DNA of 57,095 nucleotides, the filler included, from Bipalium vagum (Eukaryota): assembly GCA_037834085.1 (NCBI GenBank). It is 3 parts of 3 records of this genome, joined end to end, with 100 filler letters (N's around TTAATTAATTAA, not from the genome) between each part and the next. Parts side by side here need not be neighbours in the genome. Positions count along the whole stretch, not along the records: positions 1 to 16,633 come from JBBMKC010101322.1; 2 more parts are not named here. One strand, given 5' to 3'. The number at the start of each line of letters is the position of its first letter. The stretch's first letter is position 1. Below are positions 1 through 14,556 of the stretch, piece after piece. The position numbers and the translations under genes were made by a program. The notes under the pieces are model-generated. The model saw nothing but the letters and a program-made list of their open reading frames with translations, had not been told where the DNA came from and ran no database searches.

Positions 1-597
1 AATGATTTTGTGCAGAAAATCCTTTTTCCTATATCTGGTCAGGAGGGCTACTGCGGTGTTGTATCGACTTTCTTTGTACTGTGGAGTAAGAGCATGAGGG
101 ACCCATCTGCAGGCTCTATGAACCCTTCCTAGTTGGATGGATATAATCTGTTGAGTAACATCAAGTTGTTTAGCAAGCTCTGCTTCCGTTTGATATGAGT
201 TTTCATCCAACAATTTTTCAGAGACTCATCTGTAAATTTTTTTGAGTTCAACATCTGAAAGGTCCAAATTTCCACTTTCAAATCGGCCGAACCATTTTTT
301 AGACGTTTTATAAGTTACTACGCCTTCACGAAGTGCAGAAACAATCATCTGTGTTGCTTCGTATGCCGTTTTCCCCAATTGGAAGACAAAAAGCAAACAA
401 TGCCTCATATGTATTTTTTTAGAATCCATTCAAATTTATGCGGTTATTGATATATTATTAAAACAAATGATTCAATTATTTAATTAATGTCAATATCTTT
501 ATTTATAAATTTAATCATTTAATACAAAATATTCGGTTACATTGTGACTTTATAGTCGTTTTACTAAATAGGCACCTTTTCTATTTGTAGACCTTTG
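1..597 (-). mobile_element. Degenerate mariner (DD34D-type) element, 5' part: TIR and N-terminal HTH region
   Basis: ORF 226-429 (MDSKKIHMRHCLLFVFQLGK...KKWFGRFESGNLDLSD) is a mariner HTH region. A WVPHAL motif follows near 89-107 after a frameshift. A TIR-like sequence lies at about 566-597, flanked by TA. Confidence 0.85.
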
Positions 598-1759
598 TAA
601 GATTTTCAATATTATATTAGACAACACAATATCATAAAGATTGTATTTTTGAAATGCAAAGCATTTGGATTTTGATACTTTTTAAATATTCTATTACTGC
701 TCTATTGTTGCCTAATTGAAAGTGTAGAACTTAAATTAAATAAAACTGTCCGTAAATTATAGATTTTTATTAAATAAATTTTAAATATAGCGAAATTTTA
801 AGAAAATCAATCAAATTAATAGTTACACAAAGGAATTAAAATTTACATAAAAATATGTATTCCAATGCAACAAATTCAATACAAACATTAATACTGAAAA
901 AAGATTTCATAGGACAAGTAATTTAACTTCGCGACAGCAATATTAATATAAATAATAAAGAAATTGATGTCAATTTAATTAAAAACAAACAATTGATATT
1001 TACCGAAGTATGACAATTGATTTATTAAATAATAAATCCAGGATATAACAAACTTTTCTGACTCGTTAATTTATATAATAAAAACGACAATAGGATAAAA
1101 CTTGCTTAAAATAAAAATAACTAATACAAAAAATATATTCATAGCTGCAGCTTAATCCTTCTTTAATTCGGATTACATGGTTAAAATCCTAACATTTACT
1201 GATCTAGTAAATAGGTTAAAAACAAAACGGGTCTGTTTCACCTCTCCAATTGCAGCTTTCTTTCAAATTATCAGAAAGTTGAGCATTTTATGACATTACA
1301 CAATCGCGCTTAATACAAAAAATTAAAAATTTAATTAGTATTAAATTTATTAGCAAAAAATGAATATTTTAATTATAAGATTCGAAAAACTTAAGTCTCA
1401 CAATTAAAATGCATTTAATATAATACAAAAATGTCTTCAAATTTAGTTAAAATAGATATAACTATAATGAACAAAGATATTTCTAAATGCTTCTTTTTAA
1501 AATATCAATTTAACAAAACAAAATAAATAATTTTAAATAATACCTTTAATATTAAATGATTTGACCAATTCTTAATAATTATAAAATAAAATTTAAATTT
1601 AAATTTACCGTTATTTTAGATATTAATTTTATTAAATTTTTATTTTAAATTTTAGTAATTTTGTAGATATTGTTTTGGTTAAAATAACTGTTATACATTA
1701 ATATCTACACACTAAGTTCTAAGATAAAATAATGAAATAAGCTAAAAAGTATGACACCA

Positions 1760-2612
1760 TCGGTAAACGGTGTTCCTTTAAAGCGAGATATTCAATTTTA
1801 AAGTTTAATAAAAATCCGAAAAAAATAAGACTTGATTGAAATTCAAATAATCTGGGTTATACTAAAACTACATTTAATACTTATTTTCATTATTGTCCAT
1901 TCTGCTTGAAAGACAAGAAGGAAAATTGTACTGTGAATACTTGAATCATAAATTTTAATAATTTATGATTCAACAAAATCGGAAAATATTATTGATACTG
2001 GATAATGCTCCATGTCATCATACTATCGAATTGTCAAACATCAAGTTAGTATTTTTACCTCCTAATACAACTGCTGCAATACAGCTGGAATAATTATAAT
2101 ATTCAAGCTTCGGTATCGTCAACTTTTATGGAATTACCTGCTGACAGTAAGTGAGATAAATGAAAACGTATTGAAAAATTTGCAAACAATAAATTTTAAA
2201 CATGAACCAAGCTTGCAAATAAAACCATCAACGACTAATGCAATGGGATGTCTAAAAATCTTATCCGATTATAAAATTTTTAATGACTTGGATTCAGCAA
2301 TACCTTCATTATCTGAATTAAAACGAATAATATTATCTAAAAAGATAACTGTATTGAAAATAACCACCATTGATTAATATTTTAATAAAGAATAAATGTT
2401 TACATATTCGTTATTTAATTTTGTAGTACCTTAAGTTGTTAAATTTAATTACCTTATTTTTATTTTTCAAAAACCTTTTAAAATTGAACAAAAGTGTAAA
2501 CAGATGTGTAATGTAACCTGTTAAAATTGAACACCTTGATTATCTGAACACCTCTCTAATTTGAACTTTTCAGCAAGGACACTATGGTGTTCAATTTAAG
2601 CAAGTTTCACTG
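1760..2612 (+). mobile_element. pogo/Tigger-like (DDE_1) transposon remnant
   Basis: 1981-2085 translates as KILLILDNAPCHHTIELSNIKLVFLPPNTTAAIQ, the DDE_1 signature. The right end ...AAGTTTCACTG|TA at 2612 has sub-terminal TGAACA repeats. The left boundary is approximate. Confidence 0.8.
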
Positions 2613-4992
2613 TAATTAATTTTTTTGTTTAAATAATTTGATTTGTATGTAAAATAGATTTTTGAAAATTTTTTTACTTATTTAATTGATTTTAACTGAG
2701 AAACCGTTTTGACAGCTAACTCATATTGTAATATAATTATTAAATTAAAAATATAGAATTTATGTATTATATAAATTCTTATTTTTATTATGTTTTAGAT
2801 ATTTTTATAATTTTTAGATATATTTATATAATTATTTATAATAAATAACTTGAAAGCTTTGCTGGTTAAAATTATGAAGAAAAAAATTACTAAAAACGAA
2901 TTTTTGAAAAATTACCAACATTTTTAAAAAAAAATTTGTGAGGCCTATTAACAAAATTGAGATTCAAAATTGTATCAGGTAAAAAAGTAACGAAAAATAC
3001 AATTTTCGGTAATTTCTCTAATTAAATTAAGTTTAAGACCAGGAAAGGTATAAAAACTTGATTCATTTCGTTAAAAATAAGAAAAAATTTATATCTAAAA
3101 CTTTTATCAAATGACAATTTTCACAGAACAATATGTTTTGCTACTGCAAAAATTCAACAATAAAGACCACTACGACTACACGAATTGCATCATAAAGAAT
3201 AGTTAGACAATGCGCAGAATATCCGATCTATCATAAATCTATACCTTAAAGTTCAAATAGTAGAAGAATATAAGGAATTTTTTATACCGTTAACTTTGAA
3301 TTCGGACGAATGAGACAAAATTTTAGATATAACACACAAAAAGAATCGTGATAAAAGAAATTTGATATTATGAGCTTGAGTCCTCATACTCACCCCGAGG
3401 CTACTTCAAAACTTTCAGATGATCTGATAATGATCTAGATACTAGGTTTACTCAGACAATTTTCATTTAAAGTATAAAGCTCTAAGGGAACCTCCTCGAT
3501 CTTTGAAAGCAAATTTTACTCCTTGACCGATTTAATATATTTTATCATTTCTTACCGGCAGAAATATTATTTCATGGACAAAATGACGACACGTTATTTG
3601 ACAATTTAATATCAGATATTACTGTAACCTGATTTTTTCGAACAATCAATTTTATAACTCACTAAAGAGAACTTTTTTCATTCTCATTGCTGTTGACACA
3701 AAAATGATTTAAATAATAATTTTTAAAATTATGATATATTTTGTTCATTAAAATGATAAATATAGGAAAATGTGCATAAGGGACTGAAGTTAGCTTAATT
3801 TTAATATATAACAATAATTCTTATTAATGAGAAATTAAAAATAAGTAGACCTGGTTAAATTAGTAAATTAAAAATGTTGGGTTAATGCATATGAGTTAGG
3901 TTAGTTCGTCTAGTCTTTGACTAACTCAACAAAAAAACTCCAATGAGTATTTAAATTGAATAAGAAAAATAGGTTTTAGTTTAATAATACATATTTTTAT
4001 CGAATAAAATACAATGAATCAGATTGATAAAAAAATTCAATGCATTCAAACTTTAAATAGTTATATTTTTATTTTGTTTCTTTATTTAAAGCATAAAAAC
4101 CTTAACGACTGATGGTGGTCTAATTAAATCCACAAAGCTACGAATCATTACATAATAGGTTTGAAATTCTGAGTTTGCACCAAGTTAAAAGTTTAGATCT
4201 TTAGTTAGTTTTAAAGAGAGAATTCTTTGAGTTTACTTATTTTACTTCTGAATGATTTTTAAAAGATTCTTGTTCTAAACCTTTAGGGAATTTCAAAATT
4301 TTTATTAATATTTGTTATTATTATTATTATTTCTTATCTGATCTAAACTAGAAAAGTTTATAGATGAAAAATTATTTTATTTTATTTAATAATTAGTAAG
4401 TATTAAAAATTTCCTGATAAATAAATATATTATTTATGGTGTGTATTATTTACAAGAAAAAATGGAGACAGCACAGATCAGTGATATTGAAAAAAAGTTT
4501 GTAAGTATTGTGAAAGATAAAAAGTGTTTGCTAAGAGCAAAGAACATATTGGTCCTCGCCGAAGATAAAAAGTTGTTTGAGGTCATAGAAAATACTAAAG
4601 AAGCATTCATTGAAGATTCTTGTTCAAAATTGTTGAAATATGAGATCTAAAACATAGGAGGACCAATCACAAAAAACCGTGGAGACAGCCTATATACTTA
4701 GAAAACAAATTAATGTTGCAATAAAGAATTATTTGAGAATAGAATTATTAAGAATATGCAATTTCTTATGAAACACGTCAGGCTGTGTGTATTCTTTAAA
4801 AACTTCAACCAGATGATGGAACGACAGGCTCTTTCTATGTCAAATATTAAGGTCTTATTGAACCCATTATAGGGAGTAAAATATTTTAATAGAATTGAGT
4901 TTGGTAATGCATGGCATTATTATTATTACAAGACTATTCAAATTTATATTATTTTATAATTTATAATATACAATTGTACTCAAATTAAAATA

Positions 4993-6218
4993 CTTACTCC
5001 ATACCATAAAAACCCGATTTATTTATTTTAGAAAAGAATTTGTAAGTTTAGTTTGTTTAATTGATGTAATATTGATTATTTTAGATGGCACTATCTAATG
5101 GTAAAAAAATATTAATCTTAATCCACTAAGATAAGATTCTCATGAAAATTGACAAAGTACAGTCACAGTACGAAAGAATTGAAAGTCTATGCGATGCATT
5201 CAATGTTAACAAAGATTACTCACACGACTTTCGAAAACATTTTTTGAAACAGGTACTCTGGACAGAAAGAGTGCTTCAGGAAGAAAGTATATCAAAGGAT
5301 ATGCTGACAGACGACAAAGAGATGTAGAATCTATTCAGAAGAGGAGATTCTCTAGCATCTTGTGTATTTCTGAGGAGACTGAGATTCTATTTACAAGTGT
5401 TCAAAGAATTATCAAAGAAGAAGAAATGAGACTTATTTCCAGAAGAACATGCTCTCTGTTAAGTTATGACCAGAAATTGAAGAGGTTAAAATGGTGTCGA
5501 TATAATTGTCATCAACAATGGAAGGTCATGATAGCAGTCCACGAAGAAAACAGCAACTAAAGGTAATCCACCAAAGATCATGATTTTCACAGCTATTGCA
5601 AAGACTGATGTTGAAAATGAATTTAATAGATTGATTGGTATTTGGAGGTATTATAAAAATGTTGAGGTCCAGCGTTCCTCTAAAAATCATCATAAGGGTG
5701 ACTTGTACAAAATTGATTGCACAATAACGGAATATAGTTTTTATGACTTGATGACCATTGAAGCTATGCCTATGATTTGTAACAAAATGAATTTGAGTCA
5801 GAATGTGATTGTGGAAATGGACAATGGTCGTCCACACGTTGGAAAGAATAATTTTGAACTGTTCAATGACTTCGGAGGTAGTCTTGTTCTCAGCCAGATT
5901 TATTCATCCAACCAGAACAGTCTTCCGATTTAAATGCAAACAACGGTTTTTTCACGTTTTTCAATAAGCAAGTTCTTAGGAATAAATTTAAAAATGTTGA
6001 TGAATTGTGTTTTTCATTAGAAGAGAATTTCTGGTAATTTAAACCTGGAACATTGACCTCTATTTTTGAAAGCAAATCTAGGATAATAACGGAAATTATA
6101 AAGCATATAGGTTTAAATGTTAAAGTACTACATTCGTTATAGTAAACTGTTAATATTATAAGTCTTATTTTATTATAATTTAATTTTAATAAATCGGGAT
6201 TTCTATGGTAGAAGTAAG
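4993..6218 (+). mobile_element. Degenerate Tc1/mariner element of the DD39D (plant-mariner/GT-like) type with both TIRs
   Basis: TIRs TA|CTTACTCCATACCATAAAAACCCGATTTATT and its near-reverse complement end at 6218|TA. Motifs are PPKIMIFTAIA, FNRLIGIWRY, MDNGRPHVG and, after a frameshift, QPEQSSDLN. Confidence 0.8.
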
Positions 6219-7478
6219 TATGTCTATCCAAATTAATATTATTTATTAATGTTTTTTAAATAATGTAGATTATAACAATGACAAGAAAACAAAAAGACGG
6301 ACAAGATATTACCGAAGAAATATATACAGCTATTGTAAATATGCTTTAATATTATTATTGTGAATATTTAAACAAATTGTAGAATCTCAAATTCTAAATG
6401 TGCCTCACTATTTAAAATTAACTAAATTTAAATTATTTTATATTTTTAAGATTTATTTTCTTAAATTCTAAATTATAGTTTGTAAAGATATGTTTGAATA
6501 TAAAAAAGGCACATTATATTAACTCATTGATTAAACTGTTTTTTAAATAATACCAGATTTGGTAGGTTTTCTGAAAAATTTAATTTCATACAACAAACGT
6601 TTTCTCTTGATATTGTGGCTTATAAATATAATTAGTATCCCTTTGCACTACTTTTTTTACTCCAAAACCTGACCTCTCATAAAAATCAAACATTTCGTAA
6701 GCTTAATTTTCAGTATTTTAAACGAATATTATTTTTTTGTTATCTTTTCATTTTCAATTTATAAAATTAATTGATTGTTTCAATTTTTCGTATTCTTCAA
6801 TATTAAAAATATTATTTAGTGCAAATAGTGATAGATATATTTGGACAAATATTACATTATATCTTCTTTAAACTTAAAATATAAATAATATATGAAGCAT
6901 TAAGAGAATATGAATATCATAATTTGATAGTAATTTTCTTAATAATTAAAAAAACTATTCATTTTCATTTTAAAAATATTTTTATATTTTCCAGTTAATT
7001 TTAATTGATTTTGTCCCGAGCAGATTATGGAATGTAGTCTAATGTCCCTAAAATCGACTTTTAATTATGTAATAAGAACAATTTGTTATTTCTGAACCTT
7101 TTCTAGCCATAATTTCTCTTAAATAAACTTCAGAAATAATTATAAAAAGTTAATTCATCAATTCACAAATCGTCTGATAATGCAGGAAAATGAATAAATA
7201 AGATGAAATAAAAATTAAAATAATTGTTGATATTTATGTTTATTTTGAAAAAATAATTTTTCCGATATTTTAATTTTGATAATAAAATGGTTTATTTAAT
7301 TTTTTAAAAAGTAATTTTTCACCCTCTTCGTTGAAGAGACTATTTAAAACTTAAGAACTGTAATTCAAAATGATTGCTTTTAATTATTTCTTTTTTCTTA
7401 TAAAAATAATTAAAAGTCAGTGGTAATCAAATTTTCAATACAAAATAATATTTTATTATATAATCTGAATTGATAATA

Positions 7479-8651
7479 TTGTGTTTTCCAAAAAGTTTCC
7501 ACCGATTTTATCAATTTGAAAATCGATAAGACAATTATAGAAATTTATTAAACTAAATATGCACCATCTTGGTCGATAATGTCTTGTCATTTCTTTAGTA
7601 AAGCTAGAATTCCGTCACTGTAGAATTTCTCAGATTTTTCACCGATAAGTGGTTTTTGGTATTTCCCTTTGAATTCAATTTTACACCATTAAGTAAGTTC
7701 TACAGTGACCAACTTAATGAGAGTCTGACGGTGCAATATCAAGACTAGATGGAGGATGCAACAAAACTTCCCAGTCAAAGTCTTTCAAACTTTTCTGAGT
7801 CATCAAAGACTCATGTGGTCTTACTTTGTCATGGTAAAACATAACGCATTTCTAATTGATCAATTCTGGCCGCAAGTCAATAGTTGACAGTAGAGAACAG
7901 AGTCAACATTTTGTCCTGGTTGGAGTATTTCTTCGTAGATGAATCCTTTGTAATCCCACCAGATGCGAAGCATGACCTTTCTTGGCGTCAATTTCGGCTT
8001 TGCCATGATTTGTGGGGTCTCATCACGTTTTGTTCAAGATTATTTTCTAGCATTGTCCTTGTATCTTTCAAGAATGGTTTGATATAGTTTTTCAGATTGA
8101 AATTCGGTCTATTAAATTTTTCGGTGTTCAATCATTCCGAATCCAAACACAAAATTTCTCTTTAAAACCAGAAATTTTAAAATAGTCTGATGATGAATAT
8201 CAAGGTTTTCTGAGATTTTACGACTGCCAATATGCCTGTCTTCGTCCATCTTCTGAATTATTTGATCGACTTTTAGATATGTTAGCCGGCTAGAACAAGT
8301 TGCGTCTTTGACGCCGAAATTTCCAGAGAGAAATCCTAGGAACCATTAAAGGACTATTCTGTCAGATACCCCATCTGCAACATAAACCTCACCAAATTCT
8401 TTTGCAGCCTGCATTGCATTTTACCTTCAATGAAATAAATTTTATAAGGTATTGAATTTCTTCTGTATTTATATCCATTTCTAAATATACGTTAATTTTT
8501 ATTTATTAATAAAATGCCAAACTTAATTAAGCAGTTTGAATGCTGTGATTATTAAATTTATATAATTGAAATATTTAAACAAATAAAATATCAATCGAAG
8601 TTTTTCGAGTCGCCTGTTCACAAACGGGCGGAAAATTTTTAGGCAACCTGA
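7479..8651 (-). mobile_element. Degenerate full-length mariner (DD34D) element
   Basis: Imperfect TIRs at both ends. HPPSSLDIAPSD (YSPDLAPSD-like) lies near 7720-7760, and a mariner N-terminus (MDINTEEIQYL...) near 8478. Multiple stops and frameshifts. Confidence 0.85.
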
Positions 8652-9584
8652 TATATTTAGTAAACAAAATTATTTTGATAGTGAAAAGACAAAATGGAAT
8701 CTAAGGGTGTGGAAATAAATGATATTTTCTGAGATAAGACTGATTTATTTTTAATAAAAAATTAATAATAATAAAATAATTATTTTTTATAATAATCAAC
8801 CAAGGAAATTAGAAATGAATATTACTACATGCACATATTTTTTACTGATTCAATGAAGACTTTTTAAAACCTTTTTTATTTCTTTAATATTATCACTGAA
8901 TTCATTTTTTGAGTTTTAAGAGACAGTTTTCTTTATAAATCTTGTCTAATACGTACATCGAAAAATATTTATCAAATTACTTAATTAATTTTTTATAAAA
9001 ATATTTTCATATTATTTACTTAATAATTGAGAATAGACATGAAATATAAATGTTATTTAATATTATACCATAATTCTGAAGATATTTATATATTCACCAA
9101 CACCCGACGAGGATATTATTAATTTAATTTTTTTACCAAAATGTGGGAAATATTTTTATTTTTATGGTAAAACAAAATGATATATTTTGACTATTTTAAA
9201 GAGAATAAATTTTTAATATTATTTTTCAAGCAACAATAAACATTGAAAAATTGACATCTAAATGAATTGTAGAAATATGACTCCATAGTGAAATTCAATA
9301 AAATACGACAAAAATAATAAATAATATTCCTTAATATCAAATGGAAGCTAATATTTATTGATGAGAAAAACAAGACTCGGTACAAAATATCATACATAAA
9401 AACATAAAGCGACTCTACGGTCTATTTTGTCAATTGTTCACTGTTAGAAAAATAGGACATAAAAATGAGACCTTTAACCTTTTTTTATGGATATGAATTC
9501 TTCCCGTCAATAAAATGACTTCAAACTGAAATATATGACATTCTAAAGATCTAATCAAATATTAAATGGTTTTAACGATATAAA

Positions 9585-12500
9585 TCAGTTTTTCAGATGA
9601 TGCCAGTGATAAACTATTTCTCCCAAATTGGAAATCCCCTTCTGCCAGTGAAGTAACCCGGTTCCATCTGCAAATTGAATAGGTCCCAAAACGCATTTCC
9701 CAATGACATGGGTAAAGCCAATGTTGTTTCTACCGCACAAGAATAAAGTGATAAAGGTTTCTTGACTACTCAATTTTGCAAAAGATTTCGAGCTGTCTTT
9801 TAGAAGAGATTTTTGGAAAGAAAGATTAAATTCAAAAGATTCGTCTATTTTAAAATGTCCGTTTTCCATATGATGCTTCACTTTGATCACCTTCGATTTT
9901 CTCGAATCAATCACCTTGTCTTCAGATGCTAGAGTAATCCGAATATTCAGGCCATCTAAATGGAAGAGTTGTCAGCAGATCAATAAAGAAACAAGTACTA
10001 ATAACATAAAAATATCATAAATTTCATATTTATATCTTTAAATTCCTGTTATTGCTCCAGTTGGGATTCATAAGGAAAACAGATGCAACATAATTATCAA
10101 CAGCAAGAAAATAAGAATAAACAATTTCAAACCCGTGTTCAGACCTAATCAAGAGGAACAAATGGAAATCAACAACAACTCTCTGAAGCTATGAAGTAGA
10201 TATTTAACATTAGGGTTTTTAATTTCAGATGATATTAGGGTGAGTAATAAGAAATTTTGGTCTACTTTTAAAAGTGATATATGAATATATATAGTTGTAA
10301 AACAATTTATAATTGAGAATTGTATTTCGTTAAGTACGATCTATACTTATTAATTAGTTTGTTTTAATAATATTTAAATATTGCAGAAAGATTTGAATTT
10401 ATAATGATTGATGAAAAATATGTTTTTTGTGCCGCTCTTTTATTTCAATTCAAATTGGGTGAAACTGCGACTGAATCGCACAGAAAGCTTTTGGTAACGC
10501 GTTATATCAAAACGTCAGTGTGAAAATTGGTTTATGAGATTCAGAGATGGAGATGATAGTCTGGAGAATTTAAAACATGTACATCGAATTTTGACTATGA
10601 ATTTGGAATTTTTGAAAAAAAGCATTGATTCAGATCCTCAATAATCCAAGTGAGAACTTGCCTATAAATTCGATTGTTCTCAGTAGACTATTTGTAACAA
10701 CTTGCATTGCCTTGGAATAACATGTAGGAATGAAAAATGAATTCCCCATGATTTGTCAAAGAGCAACAAAACCAGTCGTACTCCTCTCTGTTCTTCATCG
10801 CTCTCGCGATCTAAAAATAAAATGAATTCTTCGATTCATTTTAACATCAGATGAAAAGTGGATTCAATACTACAATCAAAATAAAAAATTTCAATAATTA
10901 AGCAAATGTGATCAGGCAATACTAACCGAAAAGTTCAAAATCAAGTCAATAAAATATTTCTTTGTGTCTGGTGGAATATACACGATCTAGTGTTTTTTGA
11001 GTTTGTCAATCGAGGAGAAACAATAACTGCAGAACGTTATTGCCAATAATTAGGCTGTGTGGAACAGGCTCTTCGTCGACAAGGAGTAAATACTGTAAAG
11101 ACAAAATTGTTACATGACAATGCTCGACCGCATGTAGCAAAATTGACACAGTTGAAATTAGAGGAATTAGATTGGGAGGCTCTTTCTCATTCGCCACAGC
11201 CCTGATCTGGCGTCAACGTACTATCACTTGTTCAGATCCATGTAGCAAAAAAAAATTAAAAGTACACAGGACATTGAAATTTTGGTCAAGACTTACTTTG
11301 ACTCAAAGAAACCTAATTTTTTCAACAAATGCATTCATGCTTTCACTGTAAGATGGCGAAACATCATTTATATGATTGATTTGAAAATTGAAAATGACGG
11401 GACAAACTTTGAATATTAAAAAGTTGAATAATAGAGTATAAATAGAAAAGGTATATATTATGATAAAAAATATTTATTTTTTGTTAAATTTAAAATAATT
11501 TTATAAATAATAACATAAAATTAAGAAACAAAATATTAAAAATTTTACAAAATTAAAATTATAGTTAATATTTAAGTTTATGTATCTAGAAAATTGACAG
11601 GTTAAGGCCAGCATAAATTAGTTCATCATTATCTCAAAAATTCATTCATTAAATTGTAGACTAGATTTTATTGTTAATTTTTTGTTTTAAATCACAATCT
11701 TTGAAGTTTAAATATTTTATTGTGACTTCTCATCGTCAGTCAAATGACCTTTAAATTGCTGGATAATTTTGGATCCGTTGACTGGGAAAGTTGAATACAG
11801 TTAAATATAAATCAATGGTGGAGGCATATGTGAAATAGTTATCTCATTATGAGTGAGTACTATTTTGTTATTATCATTTAAAAGTGAAAGATGTTAATGG
11901 GCCTTGCTTGCTCTTTATGATATTTCTAAAGACTATTTGTTTAAATTGTTTTTACGAAAAGTAATCTAATGACCATATATTAGTTTTTCTTCAAAATTCT
12001 ATAAAATCGTCATCGATATATTGCTTATTCTGAAGATGACTTGTCTGGCAAGAATAAATTTACTGATATTTACTTAATGAAAGAGAGAATGAGTTTTTAA
12101 ATCAATCTTCGAATGGAATGATTTGAATAAAATAATTACAAAGACCGTCTGATATTCTTAAAAAAGTTCAAAGTGTACTTTCAGATTCATTGAGAAAATC
12201 ACTAATCTCCCAAAAAAGATGTGTTCAATAACTTGACAGAAAAGTTTTGCGTCTTCACTGACAGATATGAATAGTTAATATTATATTTAGAAAGGAAAGA
12301 AAGATTGAATCAGACAAAACATTCTTTGGAACCAAAATAACGGCCGAGGCAAAGATGTGTTTTGATAAATACTTATAAAATTCTTAACTCCCATTATAAA
12401 TTTTTCAAATAAAAGTGGCCGACTAGAAAGGAGACCATGAAATTTGATTTTTTACATTTTGTGACTTATGGATAAGTTAAGTTAAAATAACTATGAAATG

Positions 12501-14556
12501 ATAACCACACGAAATCAGAGAGGGAATTCAAAAGATCGTAATTGATGTTTTGAGATACATTTCTAAAGATTATCAGTATTTGTTTGAAATATTTTATAAC
12601 CAATCGAAAAGGTGTATCGAACGCCTAGTAATGTATTTTCGAAGTTTTATACTAATAATGACTGTATTTAAATATCAGCTTATATTTTTAGTTATTTTTT
12701 CTTTCACATCAGTCACCGTACCCATGGGACATATCATCTATCACCGCCCACTGATTTATATATTTCAATATTATTTCAGAAGACACTCATATAATGAAAC
12801 TGATAATTTGAAAGTCAAGATCCATGTTCTATTTAATTCAATGGCATTTTGATGAGTAACAATTTTATTTTCAATTCAATAAAATAAAATCATTTGGAAT
12901 TGGACCTGCTTGTTAATTACATCTTTAAGATAATTATTGTTAGTATAGTCTGGTAAAATTTCACTTTACTGGATTTTTATTTTTTTTGTGGTTACCTAAT
13001 GGTACTAGAAGACTGAAACAGAAATTTTTTTTTGTAGACATAATTTTAAAAAGTTGAGTAAGTTGATTTTTTCAACTCCAGGTTCATCCTCAACAGTAGA
13101 GTAGAATACAGGAGAAGTAAGGATATAAATTGACTAGTAAGCAACAAGCTTAGATAATTATAGTTAAATTTAATATTTTTTTATAAGTAGTTCAAAAAAT
13201 TAGTTTGCTTGAATTTTTTAAAATAAGAACCTTACGTCTAAATTAACGATTATTAAATGTTATTAAGCTGCAGTCTTTATAAAATATTTTTAGTTAAAAT
13301 TTAAATAAAATTGCAAAACAAATGTTGGTAAATTTTTATAAAGTAAATAATTTAATTTTAAAAAAAGGGTGAGCTCAATGTTTGAAAAGTCTGTTTAAGT
13401 AATCCGATTTACTGAAATATATTTTTTTGCTTTGATCTTATATTATTATTAAAAATGACACACAAGAATATAACTTTTTTAATGACTAAATTTAAGTTTT
13501 TAAAAATAAGTACTTCATTTTTCACTAGAATTGTTCACACGTTACCATTCCAATTTCAGACTATTTACAGGTAACCATTATATGGATATTATATTTTCAA
13601 GTTATTATGTAAAATTGCTAATTTGGACCAATCAACGATTAAAATTTCACAAAAATAATATTTAAACAAAAAATAAAAAAAATATTAATATTTCATTTGA
13701 TTGTGATAGTATGAAATTTATTTTCTAACATTAATAAAAATATGGGTAATAAATGGAAGAATTGGGTTTTGTTAATTTTAAATAGAAAAAATAAAATATT
13801 TTGATATAAAAACTGTCACAGAAATGCAATAAATGTAAATATTTAATCAAATAAGTTTTCCGGATAAGATAAGACTTTTCATTCAATGAATAGAATGTCT
13901 TGATAAGAACAAAGTTGTAAGCTTAAATAAAGAATTTAATAAAAATAAAATAAAATATTTTAAAAAGAATAGTATACACCAGTAAGATAAAATTCGTTTT
14001 GGTTTTATTTCATTTAATTTTTTAATTAGAAATATTATTATTATTTAAAAATAATAATATTTGAGTAAAGACATTTTTCCTTGTTAATTTAAGCATTTAT
14101 CGTATCTCACACTTCATCTTTTAAATTATTTATTTTTATAAGAGGAAATGAATCAAAAGTCATTCTTCCCTTGCCTATTTCATTTCTCTCATTTGAAAAT
14201 AAAAAGGATATTGAAGTAATCCACAACAAAATTAGAGTAGGAAACATAATGTTTTATTATATAAAACGCATTATTTATATTTGTGACACTTGATACCTAA
14301 TTTTCAGTTGATATTGTATATTGCTCTCCATAAAACGATATCAATTGATTAAATTTATTTGCTTCCACATTCATTTTTATTTTATAATCACAATATTTTA
14401 GTATAATTAGAAATTAAAGGATATTTATCGCTTACTAAACGGTTTTTTGTCCGAAATATCTTTGATTTCCACAATTCCGACAACAAAATTCAGAGGACAG
14501 GATTTTGTAAACCTCAGAAATACTAAGGCTTTTCCACTGCTTTCTTTTATTTTCTC
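9585..14556 (-). CDS. Synaptotagmin-like C2-domain protein, last two coding exons (14436-14556 and 9585-9955), partial
   Basis: Exon 14556-14436 (EKIKESSGKALVFLRF...VVGIVEIKDISDKKPF) ends in phase 1 at GTAAG. It splices in frame to TTTAG|9955 (N-GLNIRITL...KSKVIK...IDESFEF...IGKCVLGP...GLLHWQ...IVYHWHHLKN*), a C2B-type C-terminus. Confidence 0.75.
10410..11420 (+). mobile_element. Degenerate mariner element
   Basis: HTH region (ENWFMRFRDGDDSLE), TSDEKWI, CVWWN, LLHDNARPHVA and SPDLA-like motifs, with stops. Same family as the copy at 32700-33470. Confidence 0.85.

Noticed and set aside
4441-4920. Short ORF and faint transposase-like words
   Set aside because: No diagnostic motif or termini could be confirmed.
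10040-10200. Q/N-rich gag-like fragment
   Set aside because: Too short and degenerate, with no LTR or intact zinc knuckle.
12945-13040. Segment similar to about 24540-24640
   Set aside because: Probably a decayed interspersed repeat, with no termini or coding signal to classify it.
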